Source: Candidatus Sulfobium sp. | GTDB taxonomy: Bacteria; Nitrospirota; Thermodesulfovibrionia; Thermodesulfovibrionales; UBA6898 | DNA: 58,232 bases | Direction: 5' to 3' | NCBI GenBank assembly: GCA_037380845.1 | Contig: JARRRI010000017.1 | Span: 1-58,232 of the forward strand | Shown here: one piece after another, positions 10,003 to 20,300 of the stretch | How the letters are laid out: every line of letters starts with the position of its first letter | Position numbering within the stretch: position 1 is the stretch's first letter | Notes under the pieces: model-generated | Told to the model about the DNA's origin: nothing | What the model saw: the letters and a program-made list of their open reading frames with translations, nothing else | The model's database searches: none | Made by a program: the position numbers and the translations under genes

Positions 10003-10990
10003 TCAGAACAGACTGAACTTGAAATATCTTCCCGGATGCTCCTTGATATTCGCCGTGAGCTCCTTGAGCTCTTTTACTGTCTCTTTCAGTTCCTGTGCAA
10101 GCTCCTTGTCGCTTAAGAGGGCCCCCGCCGTGCCTTCCCCCTTGTCCACCTTTTCGAGAATCAGGGACAACTGCCTGGACGCCCTGTTGAGGTTGTCGTA
10201 CAACTCGGGGTCCTCCACCAGCTTGCTGATGGTCCCGGAACTACTGTTCAGTTTCCTGCTGAATGCCTCCATCGACTCGGCGGTCCCGCTTAACCTGTCA
10301 TAGAGGGTGGTATCTTCCATGAGTTTGTTCAGGGTACCCGACCCGCCGGCCAGTTTTCCGCTGAATTCCTCCATGGAGGAAGCCGTTTCAGACAGTCTTT
10401 CGTACAGCGAACGATCCTTTCAGGTTATTGTAAAGAGCGGGATCTTCGAGGAACTTGGCCAGTGTCCCCTTGCTTGTCTCGACCTTTGTGAGGAGACGGC
10501 CGAGTTTCTCGATGAAGTCGTTCATCTTCTGTATCGACATTGCACCCGTCTCCATGATGTCCTTTATCTCGATCGGACTTGTCCCCTCTATCGTTTGCCC
10601 GGGATGAACAAGCGGCGACTGCGGACTGCCGGGGCTCAGTTCGATATATTTGTCGCCCAGCAGACCAAGCGTAAGGACGCTGGCAACCGAGTCGCTCCTG
10701 ACGAATTTGAGATCGCTCCTTCTTACCGACATCGTCACTACAGTGCCTCCTTCGCGGTTCAGGGCAATATTGGTGACCGACCCGACCTCTACCCCCGAGA
10801 TCCAGACCGGCGCACCATCTCTCAGTCCGCGGACATCATTTATGGAGGCCTTGATCTGGGCCGTGGGCGAAAAGATCTTATCGATGCTCCCGGCGAAAAA
10901 CACCGTGAAAAACAAGAGAAGGAGAGCCAGGGTAATGACCAGACCGGCCCTGAGTTTCGACCATTTCAATTGTTTTTTTATATCGAACAT
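10003..10990 (-). pseudogene. mlaD: MlaD/MCE protein split by a frameshifting deletion near 10420
   Basis: MCE domain (GLRDGAPVWISGVEVGSV, GLLGDKYIEL) in 10388-10990. The GTxxKLxEDxxLY helical repeats continue in another frame (KDRSLYERLSETASSMEEF...HPGRYFKFSLF). Confidence 0.8.
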
Positions 10991-11035
10991 GTCAACCTCC
11001 GCTCTTCTATAATAAGCCTACACATCAAGTCCGGT

Positions 11036-11764
11036 TTATAATTTCTCGGCATTCACAAAAAACCGCAACTCGGGCACCGTCGAGTTCAGGAGCGCCTCTC
11101 CATCCCCGTCAAACAGTACCCTGCCCTCGTATAAAAACAGGAATCTCTCCGCCACCTTGCGGGCATCGCTCACCTTGTGGGTTACTATTATGAGTCCTGC
11201 TCCCCCGCGGGCCATATCTGTAATGAGCTTACAGATATTGACGGAATTTACAGGGTCCAGACCCGTTGTCGGCTCGTCATACAGAAACATCCTGGGGCTG
11301 CAGAAGGCCAATGACCGTGCGATGGAAACCCTCCTGTGCATTCCGCCGCTCAGTTCTTCCGGCATAAGTTCCAGCGCCTGCTCCACGCCGACTGTCCTCA
11401 GCATCTCCCTCACCTTATTGTCGATCTCCTCTTCCGGCATGTCGGTATATTCCCTCAGACAGAAGGCTACGTTCTCTTTGACGTTAAGCGAATCAAAGAG
11501 TGCGCCTTCCTGAAAGATAAGGCTGAACTTCATCCTTACATCCCTCAACTCACTTTCGCTTTTTACCGTTATATCCTCTCCGTCGACAAGAATCCTTCCG
11601 GAATCCGGTTTGATAAGGCCCGTGATCAGTTTGAGAATAGTGGTCTTTCCCTCGCCGCTACCTCCCAGGATTGCAACTTTCTCGTGAAAATCGATGGAAA
11701 AACTCAAATCGGAAAAGACCTGCCTCCTCCCGAAAGCCATCCTCACATTTTCGAACCTGATCAT
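11036..11764 (-). CDS. mlaF: MlaF-type ABC ATP-binding protein
   Basis: GGSGEGKT, FQEGALFDSL, ELSGGM, YDEPTTGLDP. Confidence 0.9.
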   Translation of the reverse strand: MIRFENVRMAFGRRQVFSDLSFSIDFHEKVAILGGSGEGKTTILKLITGLIKPDSGRILVDGEDITVKSESELRDVRMKFSLIFQEGALFDSLNVKENVAFCLREYTDMPEEEIDNKVREMLRTVGVEQALELMPEELSGGMHRRVSIARSLAFCSPRMFLYDEPTTGLDPVNSVNICKLITDMARGGAGLIIVTHKVSDARKVAERFLFLYEGRVLFDGDGEALLNSTVPELRFFVNAEKL

Positions 11765-12543
11765 ACCGAAAACCCCAGGACATAAAGCAAAACACGCGTA
11801 AGTATGAAATCGGAGACAATGATCATGATAATCGACATGACGACGGCCTTCGTAGTAGACTGCCTCAGCCCGATCGCTCCTCCTTTAGTTGAAAGACCGG
11901 CGTAACAGCAGATGGAGGCGATGAGATATCCGAAAATAAAGGGTTTGGCAGCTCCCGAAAAAACGTTTTCAAACGTCAGTACCTCTCGGATAGAACTCCA
12001 GTATACCGTGCTGCTCTGATGGCTCACGAATACGGCTATGTAGTAGCCGCCAAGAAGCGAAACGGCGTCGCCTATGACAGTCAGGGCCGGAAGCATCACA
12101 AGGGCGCTAACTATTCTGGGGGTAACGAGTTTCTTTATGGGGTCGACACCGAAGACCCTCAGGGTGTCCACCTGGTGGCCGAGAACCATGGAACCCAGCT
12201 CCGAGGCTATTCCCGCACCAACCCTTCCCGTAAAGACAAGGGCGGCCACGACGGGGCCCAGCTCCCTGATGACCGATATACCGACAATCATCCCTGAATA
12301 CATCTTGAGTCCCAGCCCCGAGAGTTCGGCTGCAAGCTGGAGAGACAAAGCCATTCCCACAAAAAGAGTAACCACAAAAATTATCACGAAGGAGCCCGCC
12401 CCGGCATAGTCCATCTGCTCTATGATATCCGCAAAGTAAAATGGTTTTCCGAACATTCCGAGAAATCCGCGACAGGCGAGGACGTAAAAATCCTGAAGAT
12501 CGCTTATAAGCCCCTTGACTCTTATATTTACAGCCTCTTTCAT
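11761..12543 (-). CDS. mlaE: MlaE-type ABC permease
   Basis: IRELGPV...GRVGAGIASELGSM, TTKAVV; likely ATG at 12543 after GGAG. Confidence 0.92.
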   Translation of the reverse strand: MKEAVNIRVKGLISDLQDFYVLACRGFLGMFGKPFYFADIIEQMDYAGAGSFVIIFVVTLFVGMALSLQLAAELSGLGLKMYSGMIVGISVIRELGPVVAALVFTGRVGAGIASELGSMVLGHQVDTLRVFGVDPIKKLVTPRIVSALVMLPALTVIGDAVSLLGGYYIAVFVSHQSSTVYWSSIREVLTFENVFSGAAKPFIFGYLIASICCYAGLSTKGGAIGLRQSTTKAVVMSIIMIIVSDFILTRVLLYVLGFSV

Positions 12544-12750
12544 TTCGATTTCTCCGGAACCGCCGCAATAACTATTATTATCATTTTGTCGGCTCCTGTA
12601 AATATAACCCATGCAGCGGTGCGGGAACCAATACGCATTTCACTCGCAAAAAGATCGCATGGGCCAATACATTCATGCCCCCCCGGGCGGACGGGAACTC
12701 CGGCGATCTGTTTGTCGGCTTAACCGGCCTTCTTTTTGATATAATATCAG

Positions 12751-13260
12751 ATGCCCTTTAGCCGGTACATCCCCAATTCTCCCTGTCGACCTCAAACTGC
12801 AACGGACAAACGTTCTACGGTTGTAATGGGATATATTCTCTGGTTGGTTCTGTTATGTTCTTTTTTCCCGGTCAGTTGCAACGCGCGCGCCGCCGAACAC
12901 CAGGTAGTCAGGGCCGGAGATGGCGAAATCAGTCTTGACGTGAAAGAATTCATGGACGGTAACGTGCATTTTTTTACTTACAGGAAATCCGGCAGGAACA
13001 TCAATTTCTTTGTCAGGACCGACGGCGCCGGGAATCTTTCCACCCATTTTGACGCCTGCTATGCCTGTTACAGGAAAAAGAAAGGGTACAGGCAGGAGGG
13101 TGCCGACCTGGTCTGCAACGAGTGCGGCCTGAAGTTCCGGCTGGCCGACGAGAAATGGCTGCATCAGGGATGCAGCCCTGTTCCTCTGACCAGCAGGATA
13201 CGCCACGGCTTTATTATTATAAAAGTCAAAGACATCGAAAAAGGCGAAAGGCTCTTTTAG
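12751..13260 (+). CDS. DUF2318-like Cys-rich exported protein (true start may be 12826)
   Basis: FDACYAC...GYRQEGADLVCNECG...GCSPVPL; signal-like segment from M26. Confidence 0.8.
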   Translation: MPFSRYIPNSPCRPQTATDKRSTVVMGYILWLVLLCSFFPVSCNARAAEHQVVRAGDGEISLDVKEFMDGNVHFFTYRKSGRNINFFVRTDGAGNLSTHFDACYACYRKKKGYRQEGADLVCNECGLKFRLADEKWLHQGCSPVPLTSRIRHGFIIIKVKDIEKGERLF

Positions 13261-13261
13261 G

Positions 13262-14053
13262 ATGGAGGCGGCTTTTTTCCAGTTCAGCCCGAAGTTCGGC
13301 GATATACGCGGGAACGTTGAAAGGAGCATCGGGGTCCTCTCTTCACTGAATGCAGACCTCGTTGTCCTCCCCGAACTCTTCAATACCGGTTATCAGTTTT
13401 CTTCGGGGGAGGAGGCTGAGAAGCTCTCCGAAGAAGTCCCGTCGGGATTCACGAGCCGCTCTCTTTCCGGCCTGTCACAGGAAAAAGGTTTTTATATTGT
13501 CGCCGGACTGGCGGAGAGGGACGGCGACAGGATCTATAATTCCGCCGTATTGACCGGTCCGCGGGGCTTCATGGGCGTGTACAGGAAAGCACATCTGTAT
13601 TCCGAAGAAAAATTGTGGTTTACTCCCGGCGATACGGGGTTCAGAATATGGGACACGCCCGCGGGGAGGATCGGGATCATGATATGCTTCGACTGGTTTT
13701 TCCCCGAATCAACCAGGACACTGGCCCTGAAGGGGGCACAGATTATCGCGCATCCGTCCAACCTCGTGCTGCCCTACTGTCCCGACGCCATGGTCACAAG
13801 ATGCCTCGAAAACAGGGTATTTGCCGTAACTGCAAACAGAACGGGAACCGAAGAGCGGGCCGGCAAGGGACCCCTGAGGTATATCGGCTCCAGCGAAATC
13901 GTTTCCCCCTCCGGCCGGATTCTCTACCGCGCCTCTGCGGACAACGAAGAAACGGGCCATGCGGAAATAGATGTCGGGGAAGCGGGGAACAAGAAGATCA
14001 ACTCCTTTAACGACATATTCGAAGACCGGCGGAAAGACCTTTATTACGACTGA
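13262..14053 (+). CDS. Carbon-nitrogen hydrolase (nitrilase superfamily)
   Basis: Glu-Lys-Cys triad motifs VLPEL, YRKAHL, ICFDW. Confidence 0.93.
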   Translation: MEAAFFQFSPKFGDIRGNVERSIGVLSSLNADLVVLPELFNTGYQFSSGEEAEKLSEEVPSGFTSRSLSGLSQEKGFYIVAGLAERDGDRIYNSAVLTGPRGFMGVYRKAHLYSEEKLWFTPGDTGFRIWDTPAGRIGIMICFDWFFPESTRTLALKGAQIIAHPSNLVLPYCPDAMVTRCLENRVFAVTANRTGTEERAGKGPLRYIGSSEIVSPSGRILYRASADNEETGHAEIDVGEAGNKKINSFNDIFEDRRKDLYYD

Positions 14054-14354
14054 GCCTCTCTCCAACCGCACATTCAATACAGACAAGAAACGTAGTCATT
14101 CCCGAGGTAGTAATCGGGTCGAAGCGACCCTGCGCGGAGACCCGCTTCGGGACTCCCATCTAGAATCCAGGGTTTCGGAGAAATTGTGGTGCCTGCCTGC
14201 CGGCAGGCCGGGGACAGGAGGAATTTCATGATCAATGTCGCTACTATTTTGAAGCCGTAAATAATACCGACAAAAAGCCGTCAAACCAAGGAAATACACG
14301 CAAGGCACGAGAAAATCAAGGCCTTCAACCGTCTCATAACAGTCCTATAGTTTT

Positions 14355-14433
14355 CGTCATGCCCGGGGTTTTCAGCCGGGCATCCACGTTTTGTTTAGAA
14401 TCGATTCCCGCCTGGCTCACTGCCGGAATGACG
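14355..14433. repeat. REP-like palindromic element (CGTCATnCC...GGAATGACG family); degenerate copy at about 14095-14230
   Basis: Terminal inverted repeats cgtcat...atgacg with internal hairpin atgcccgg...ccgggcat. Confidence 0.7.
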
Positions 14434-14512
14434 GCTCAAAGGGGCACAGTACTTTGAGACTGTTATTGTTGCCGTGTGCATTTTTTGCCTTGCGTGGATA
14501 TCAGGCCTTTTC

Positions 14513-14782
14513 TTAATATGGGATGACGTTGTCGTAATTGACGAGGGCGCGGGCGATTTCTTCGGTATTCATGACCTCAAGGCCGTTATCCGGATTATTC
14601 GAATACATCCTGATGTCCAGGTCTTTCAGGGTCTCAAGGTTTACCTTGATCGCTTCGTCGTCGGAAAGCTTGTCGTCCATAACAAAAACGTTCACTTCAT
14701 CGTCTTCAAGAGTCAATCCTACCGCCATCCTCAAAGCCTCTCCCTGCCTGTCTCTCACGAGCACAGCTATCTTCTTTTTCAT
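14513..14782 (-). CDS. Small DsrE/DsrF-like (sulfur relay fold) protein
   Basis: KKIAVLVRDRQGEALRMAVGLTL...VNVFV...YDNVIPY pattern of DsrEFH-like proteins. Confidence 0.6.
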   Translation of the reverse strand: MKKKIAVLVRDRQGEALRMAVGLTLEDDEVNVFVMDDKLSDDEAIKVNLETLKDLDIRMYSNNPDNGLEVMNTEEIARALVNYDNVIPY

Positions 14783-14930
14783 GTTTACCTCTCAGCTTTT
14801 TTTGTCAGACATGAATAATCGAAAAATTTAACTACTTTCATTCTTTATCACAAAAAGCGCCGGCGGTCAAGTCGTGCCAATTTAAGTGCTAATTTAAGGA
14901 GCAGACACATTTTTCTGTGTTTCCCTGTCC

Positions 14931-14980
14931 GTCATTCCCGCGAAGGCGGGAATCCATGTTTTTCCTTAAAACATGGATTC
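14931..14980. repeat. REP-like palindromic element
   Basis: gtcattcccgcgaaggcgggaatccatgttttt...aaaacatggattc nested hairpins. Confidence 0.75.
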
Positions 14981-15018
14981 TCGATGCGAGTCCCGAATCG
15001 GGTCTTTCTGCAATGTGG

Positions 15019-16947
15019 TTACTTTCTGCTGTAATATCCTTTTATCTCACCGACATACCGTGACGACAACATACGGGACGTCCTCCCGAATTTCATCCTG
15101 TAATCCGCAGAAGACAGATAGAGCTTCTCTTTTGCCCTTGTAGATGCCACATAGAAGAGCCGCCTCTCCTCTTCCAGAGCGGCCCTGTTCATCATGGCCC
15201 GCTCTGAAGGGAAAATTCCTTCTTCCAGAGCTGGAAGAAAAACAACAGGCCACTCAAGCCCCTTCGCGGCGTGTATCGTCATTATTTTCACGCTTTCCTC
15301 CCCGCTGATCCTGTCCTGGTCGGAGGCAAGGAGACTGTCCTCCATAAACTCCGAAAAGGGCCTGCCCTCCCTCTCAACAGAGAGCAGGACGTTACAGAGC
15401 TCCGAGACGTTTTCCCGGCGGTCCTCATGGTCTTCGCTGTACTCGCCCTCCAGGTATGCAAGATAGTCCAGGTCCCGGATCACGCTCATCAGCACGGTAT
15501 ACGGACTGTCCTCGACCGTTTCCGCGTACTTCGACACTATCTCCGTAAACCTGTCGCCGCCCGTTCTCTGTTTTTTGGAGAGCCTCGTATCCCTCAATGC
15601 CTGCATCCAGTCCGTCCTGAAATTCTCTGTTATTGCCGAAACGCCTTTCTTCCCGATCCCCCGCGATGGCGTGTTGATGATCCTGGCAAAGGCAGCTCCG
15701 TCACGCGTGTTGGCCATGAGCCTGAGGTAGCAGAGCAGGTCCTTTACTTCGGCCCTTTCATAAAAAGCCAGGCCCCTCACGATCTCATAAGGGATTCCGT
15801 GGCGCATAAAAGTGCTCTCCAGCCCCCGGGAAAGAAAACTCAGCCGTATGAGCACGGCAATATCCGAGTAGGAGTAAGTCGATGACAGTTCCTCGATCTG
15901 CCGTGCGACCCGCCGGTTTTCTGCGTCATGGTCCGGCGCGTTCCTGTACTCGACATCCCCCTCATCCTCCTTGTCTGTGTGAAGCGTCAGGATCTTGTCG
16001 GCCCACATGCGATCCGCCTTGCCGATAACGATATTGGCTACATCGAGGATCTTCCTGGTGGACCGGTAATTCTTTTCGAGCCTCATTTCGTCGGCACTGA
16101 AATCCCTTCCGAACTTGAGGATATTTTCGGGTACTGCGCCGCGCCAGGTATAAATCGTCTGGAACGGGTCCCCAACCACAAAAATATTGTTCCTGTTCCT
16201 CTCCGTGAGGAGTTTGACCAGAAAATACTGGATCTCGTTCGTATCCTGGAACTCGTCCACCATGAAGAAATCATATCGGCCCTGCCATTTCTCAAGGACC
16301 GGGGGCCTGTTCACAAAGAGGTGCGTCGTATGGTGGAGCAGGTCGTCGTAGTCCAGGGCGTTTGACTGCTCGAGCTCCCTTTCATAAGCCTGCGCCACCC
16401 CCGCATACCGGTCCTGAGGGAAGGGCAGGGAAGAGATGTATTGAACTATGTCACCCCTGTAAGCCTGCTTTGCCCTGGATATCGTCTTCTGGGCTTCATC
16501 CGCCTCGCGCGCGTCGAGATTAAACCTCTTCACGATGTCCTTCAGCGTCTTTTTGCTGTCAGACTGGTCGTAGATAATGAATTTCCTGTCGAATTTCCTG
16601 TCGAGGGCGACTATATCTTCCCTGAGAACTCTGACGCAGAATGAGTGGAATGTGCTGACGGACCGGGGAGCAACGGCGAGCATAGTCTCGACCCGGCCCG
16701 CCATTTCCCTGGCCGCCTTTTTTGTGAACGTAATAGCGAGGATACGGTGGGGTTTAAAGCCCTTGTCCGTGATAAGGTAACCGATCTTGTGTGTGAGGAC
16801 CTTCGTCTTTCCGCTGCCCGCGCCGGCCAGCAGCAGAAGAGGGGATCCGAAATGCTCGACCGCCGCTTTCTGTTCCCGGTTCAACCCTTCCAGCATTCCC
16901 CGGGAAAGAATCTTTCTTTCACTGCCGGACGTCAGCATTTCCCGCAA
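15019..16947 (-). CDS. UvrD/PcrA/Rep superfamily 1 DNA helicase
   Basis: AGAGSGKT, VDEFQDTN, VGDPFQTIY, LEKNYRS, TIHAAKGLEW, EERRLFYVASTRA. Confidence 0.95.
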   Translation of the reverse strand: MREMLTSGSERKILSRGMLEGLNREQKAAVEHFGSPLLLLAGAGSGKTKVLTHKIGYLITDKGFKPHRILAITFTKKAAREMAGRVETMLAVAPRSVSTFHSFCVRVLREDIVALDRKFDRKFIIYDQSDSKKTLKDIVKRFNLDAREADEAQKTISRAKQAYRGDIVQYISSLPFPQDRYAGVAQAYERELEQSNALDYDDLLHHTTHLFVNRPPVLEKWQGRYDFFMVDEFQDTNEIQYFLVKLLTERNRNNIFVVGDPFQTIYTWRGAVPENILKFGRDFSADEMRLEKNYRSTRKILDVANIVIGKADRMWADKILTLHTDKEDEGDVEYRNAPDHDAENRRVARQIEELSSTYSYSDIAVLIRLSFLSRGLESTFMRHGIPYEIVRGLAFYERAEVKDLLCYLRLMANTRDGAAFARIINTPSRGIGKKGVSAITENFRTDWMQALRDTRLSKKQRTGGDRFTEIVSKYAETVEDSPYTVLMSVIRDLDYLAYLEGEYSEDHEDRRENVSELCNVLLSVEREGRPFSEFMEDSLLASDQDRISGEESVKIMTIHAAKGLEWPVVFLPALEEGIFPSERAMMNRAALEEERRLFYVASTRAKEKLYLSSADYRMKFGRTSRMLSSRYVGEIKGYYSRK

Positions 16948-16957
16948 GACCGCTCCT

Positions 16958-17374
16958 TCACAGCCAGCGCTCCAGAACGGCCTCGATCTCTTTGCCGAAC
17001 CGGTCTATATCAAAGGCCTTATGAAGAACGGCGTTTGCACCTGCTTCGCAGCACGCATCCACGTCGGAGTCGAGCGCCGAGTGCGTCACAATGATAACAG
17101 GAATATCGCCTAATCTCAGGTTGCCCCGTATTCTGCGCAAAACCTCAACGCCATCCATCCCCGGCATCTTGATATCAAGGAGTATCAGGGCCGGTAGAGT
17201 CTCTTCCCCGGCCAGTAAGGCAAGACCCTCTTCGCCGCTCCGGGCCACCTCGGTCCTGACTCCCCGTTTTAGTCTGGAAATTACCCTTTCCGCTATCAGA
17301 ACATCATCCTGACTATCGTCTATAATGAGTATCTTCTTGGGCTTCACTGAGGTCATTATTGACATTGTACCCAA
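16958..17374 (-). CDS. Single-domain response regulator
   Basis: IIDD, LLDIKMPGMDG, conserved K; follows the kinase. Confidence 0.92.
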   Translation of the reverse strand: MGTMSIMTSVKPKKILIIDDSQDDVLIAERVISRLKRGVRTEVARSGEEGLALLAGEETLPALILLDIKMPGMDGVEVLRRIRGNLRLGDIPVIIVTHSALDSDVDACCEAGANAVLHKAFDIDRFGKEIEAVLERWL

Positions 17375-17377
17375 CTA

Positions 17378-20300
17378 TTATTCCACTGTAAAATAAAAGG
17401 CAGCTCCTTTGCCGATTCCGCCTTCGGCCCATATTTTACCACCGTGGCGGCGTATGATGCGCTCGACTATGGTCAGCCCTATCCCCGTGCCCGGGAATTC
17501 CTTCTCGGAGTGGAGCCGCTGGAAGGGCCAGAACATCTTCTCCGCATAGTCGGGATCGAACCCGGCTCCGTTGTCCTTTACGTAAAAAACGGTCTGGCCG
17601 TCCTCCCGTTCGAAGGCCCCGAACTCGATCCGGGCGTTGTCGGTCCCCGAGGTGAATTTCCATGAGTTGCCCAGGAGGTTTGAGAGTACAATCTCCGTCA
17701 GCCTCCTGTCGGCAACAGCGGAAAGTCCATCCTGTATCACGACCTCGACGCTCCTTCCCGGCTCTCCCTCGCGAAGCTCGGAGACAACGGAATGCGCCAT
17801 CTTCGTGACGTCGACATCCGCCCGCTCTATCTCCTGCCGGGATATTTTCGAAAGATGGAGCAGGTCGTCGATGAGTCGGGTCATCTTTTCGGAGCCCCTG
17901 TGGATACGGGCCAGGTAGTCAAGACCCTGCTGATCGAGAGTTTCCGTGTAGTCTTCGATCAGGATCCTGGCAAAGCCGGCCATGGACCGGAGCGGGGCGC
18001 GCAGGTCGTGAGATATGGAATAAATAAAGGATTCCAGTTCGTTGTTGACTGTTTCCAGTTCCACATTTCTCGCCGCCATTTCTTCGCCCAGTTTGAGTAC
18101 ATCAGCCTCGTTCCTCATCCGGACCACGGCGACGGCCACCTGGTCGGTAATCGCTTTCATCAGAGACAGGTCCTCCTCGCTGAAGGTCTCCCGGTTGCAT
18201 GTCCCGAAGGAGAGTGTGCCGATCACCTTTCCTCCCGGGCCCAGGAGGGGGTGGCAGCAATAGGCGTTGATCCCATAAGATTTCACCACATCAGTACGCT
18301 CGTCCGCAGTAGACGCTATATGCTCGGCCACGATACGTCGACCGTCGGCTGCTACACAGCCGCAAATAGCTGAGCCTACATCCAGCCATTCGATCTTCTT
18401 TGCCTCCCCCTCGGGAATGCCGGCCCAGGCGTTCAGGTGCAGCCTTCCGGCCTCTTCGTCCACAAGGAAGTTGAAAAAGGCGTCGCAGTCGAGATGCTCC
18501 ATGACTTTCCGGCAGACGGACTCTACGGCCTTTTGCGGTTCCGAAGACTGCAACAGCTCGCCTGCCGTGGTCGTCAACAACTCGAAACGACCAAGGCTTT
18601 TCTTAAGCTCCTCCCCGGCCTTCTTCAGCGTGGATATGTCGGTATTCGTGCCGAACCATTTCAGTACCCGGCCGGAAGTATCCTTCAGCGGCAATATTCG
18701 TGTCAGGAAGGTGCGGAATATTCCGTCCGCCCCGCGGATGGGGAATTCCATCTCGAAAGGCTCACCGCTGGCGATTGACTCCTTCCACTTCTCCATCACC
18801 TCCGGAAGCACTTCGGGGTCGTGCACCATCTGCCAGCCCCAGCCTTCCATCTGCTCCGGCGTCGTGCCGGTGTATTCGTACCAGCGTTTGTTGTACCACG
18901 TGATGTAGCCGTCTGCATCCGCAGTCCAGCACAGTTGCGGAATGGCATCAGCGACGGTCCGGAACTGCTCTTCGCTCTCGCGAAGGGCCTCTTCGGCTCT
19001 CCTTCGCTCTGTCATATCCATTACTACCCCGATAAACCGCTTTGCGCGCCGATCTTCTCCCGAGCCCTCGAAAAATGTCTGACCGGTGGCGCGTATCCAT
19101 TGAAGGCGGTCTCCAAGGCCCAGAACCCTGTATTCTATGTCGTATTTCCCGTCCGAAGAAGGGGCCACGGCAGCTTCTATTTTCTTCCGGACTCTGTCAC
19201 GATCTTCCTCAACAATGCGGGACAATGCGACTTCGAGAGGAACGGTCCCGCGATCCGGGAGGCCGAAAATATTCCGGCACCGGACATCCCAGTCAACAGT
19301 GCCCCGCTCAACGTCCACATCCCAGGTGCCCATTTCTGCAGATTCAAGTGCGGCACGCAAACGTCCTTCGCTCTCTCTAAGTGTCTCTTCAGTGTTCTTC
19401 CGGTCACTGATATCATGGGCTATCTTTGAAGCAGCAACCACTTTGCCGTTTGCATCCCTGATGGGGGAATAGGTCAGGGAAACCGGTATTATCTTCCCGT
19501 CCTTCCGCCTGCGGAGGGTCTCATATCTTTCTATATGCTCCCCCTTCGCAATCCTTCTGAGAATATCGGGGACCTCGTCGTGGCGGCCGGGAGGGACCAG
19601 AATAGAGATGTTTTTTCCGATCACCTCTTCGGCGGCATATCCGAAAATCTTCTCCGCACCCACATTCCAGGTCTGGATTACCCCATCGAGGTCTTTACTG
19701 ATTATTGCGTCTTCCGCACTCTGAACGATGGCGGACAGTCTGCCCCTCAACTCTTCGCCGCGCTTGCGCTCGGTGATGTCGAAGGCGTAGATCCGCACGG
19801 CGTCAGACTGGGGGACAAGATGGACGGATTCGCTGAAAACCCTGTCTTTGATACTAATCTCGCGACGGAAGGTCTTTCCTTCCTTCCTGCCAAGTTCCTT
19901 CAAAATGCCGTCGAAGTCGGCGGGCAGAAAGACCGAGCAATCAGCGCTGTCCATGCCCAGGACTTCAAGGACCTCCTGTGCGGCCCCGTTAGAAAATATG
20001 ATCTTCCCGGAGGAGTCGACCTCAATAATCGGGTTAGGGTCCAGTTGTGGGAAAGAGGCGAGGTGTCTGGTCCGCACTTCCGCCCTCCTGAGGTCGGAAG
20101 TGTCGGTATACGTTATGACCACTCCCTCGATCCGGTTATCGGAAGTCCTGTACGGCAGTATGGTTCGGATATACCACGTATTGCCGACCCTGAACTCTCT
20201 CTTCCTGGGGGACAGATGCTCCAGAACCGCACGGGAGTCCTTCATGAGGTCGGGACCCAGATGGTCCCTGGACATGTCGGCAATGGGTCTGCCCGCATCC

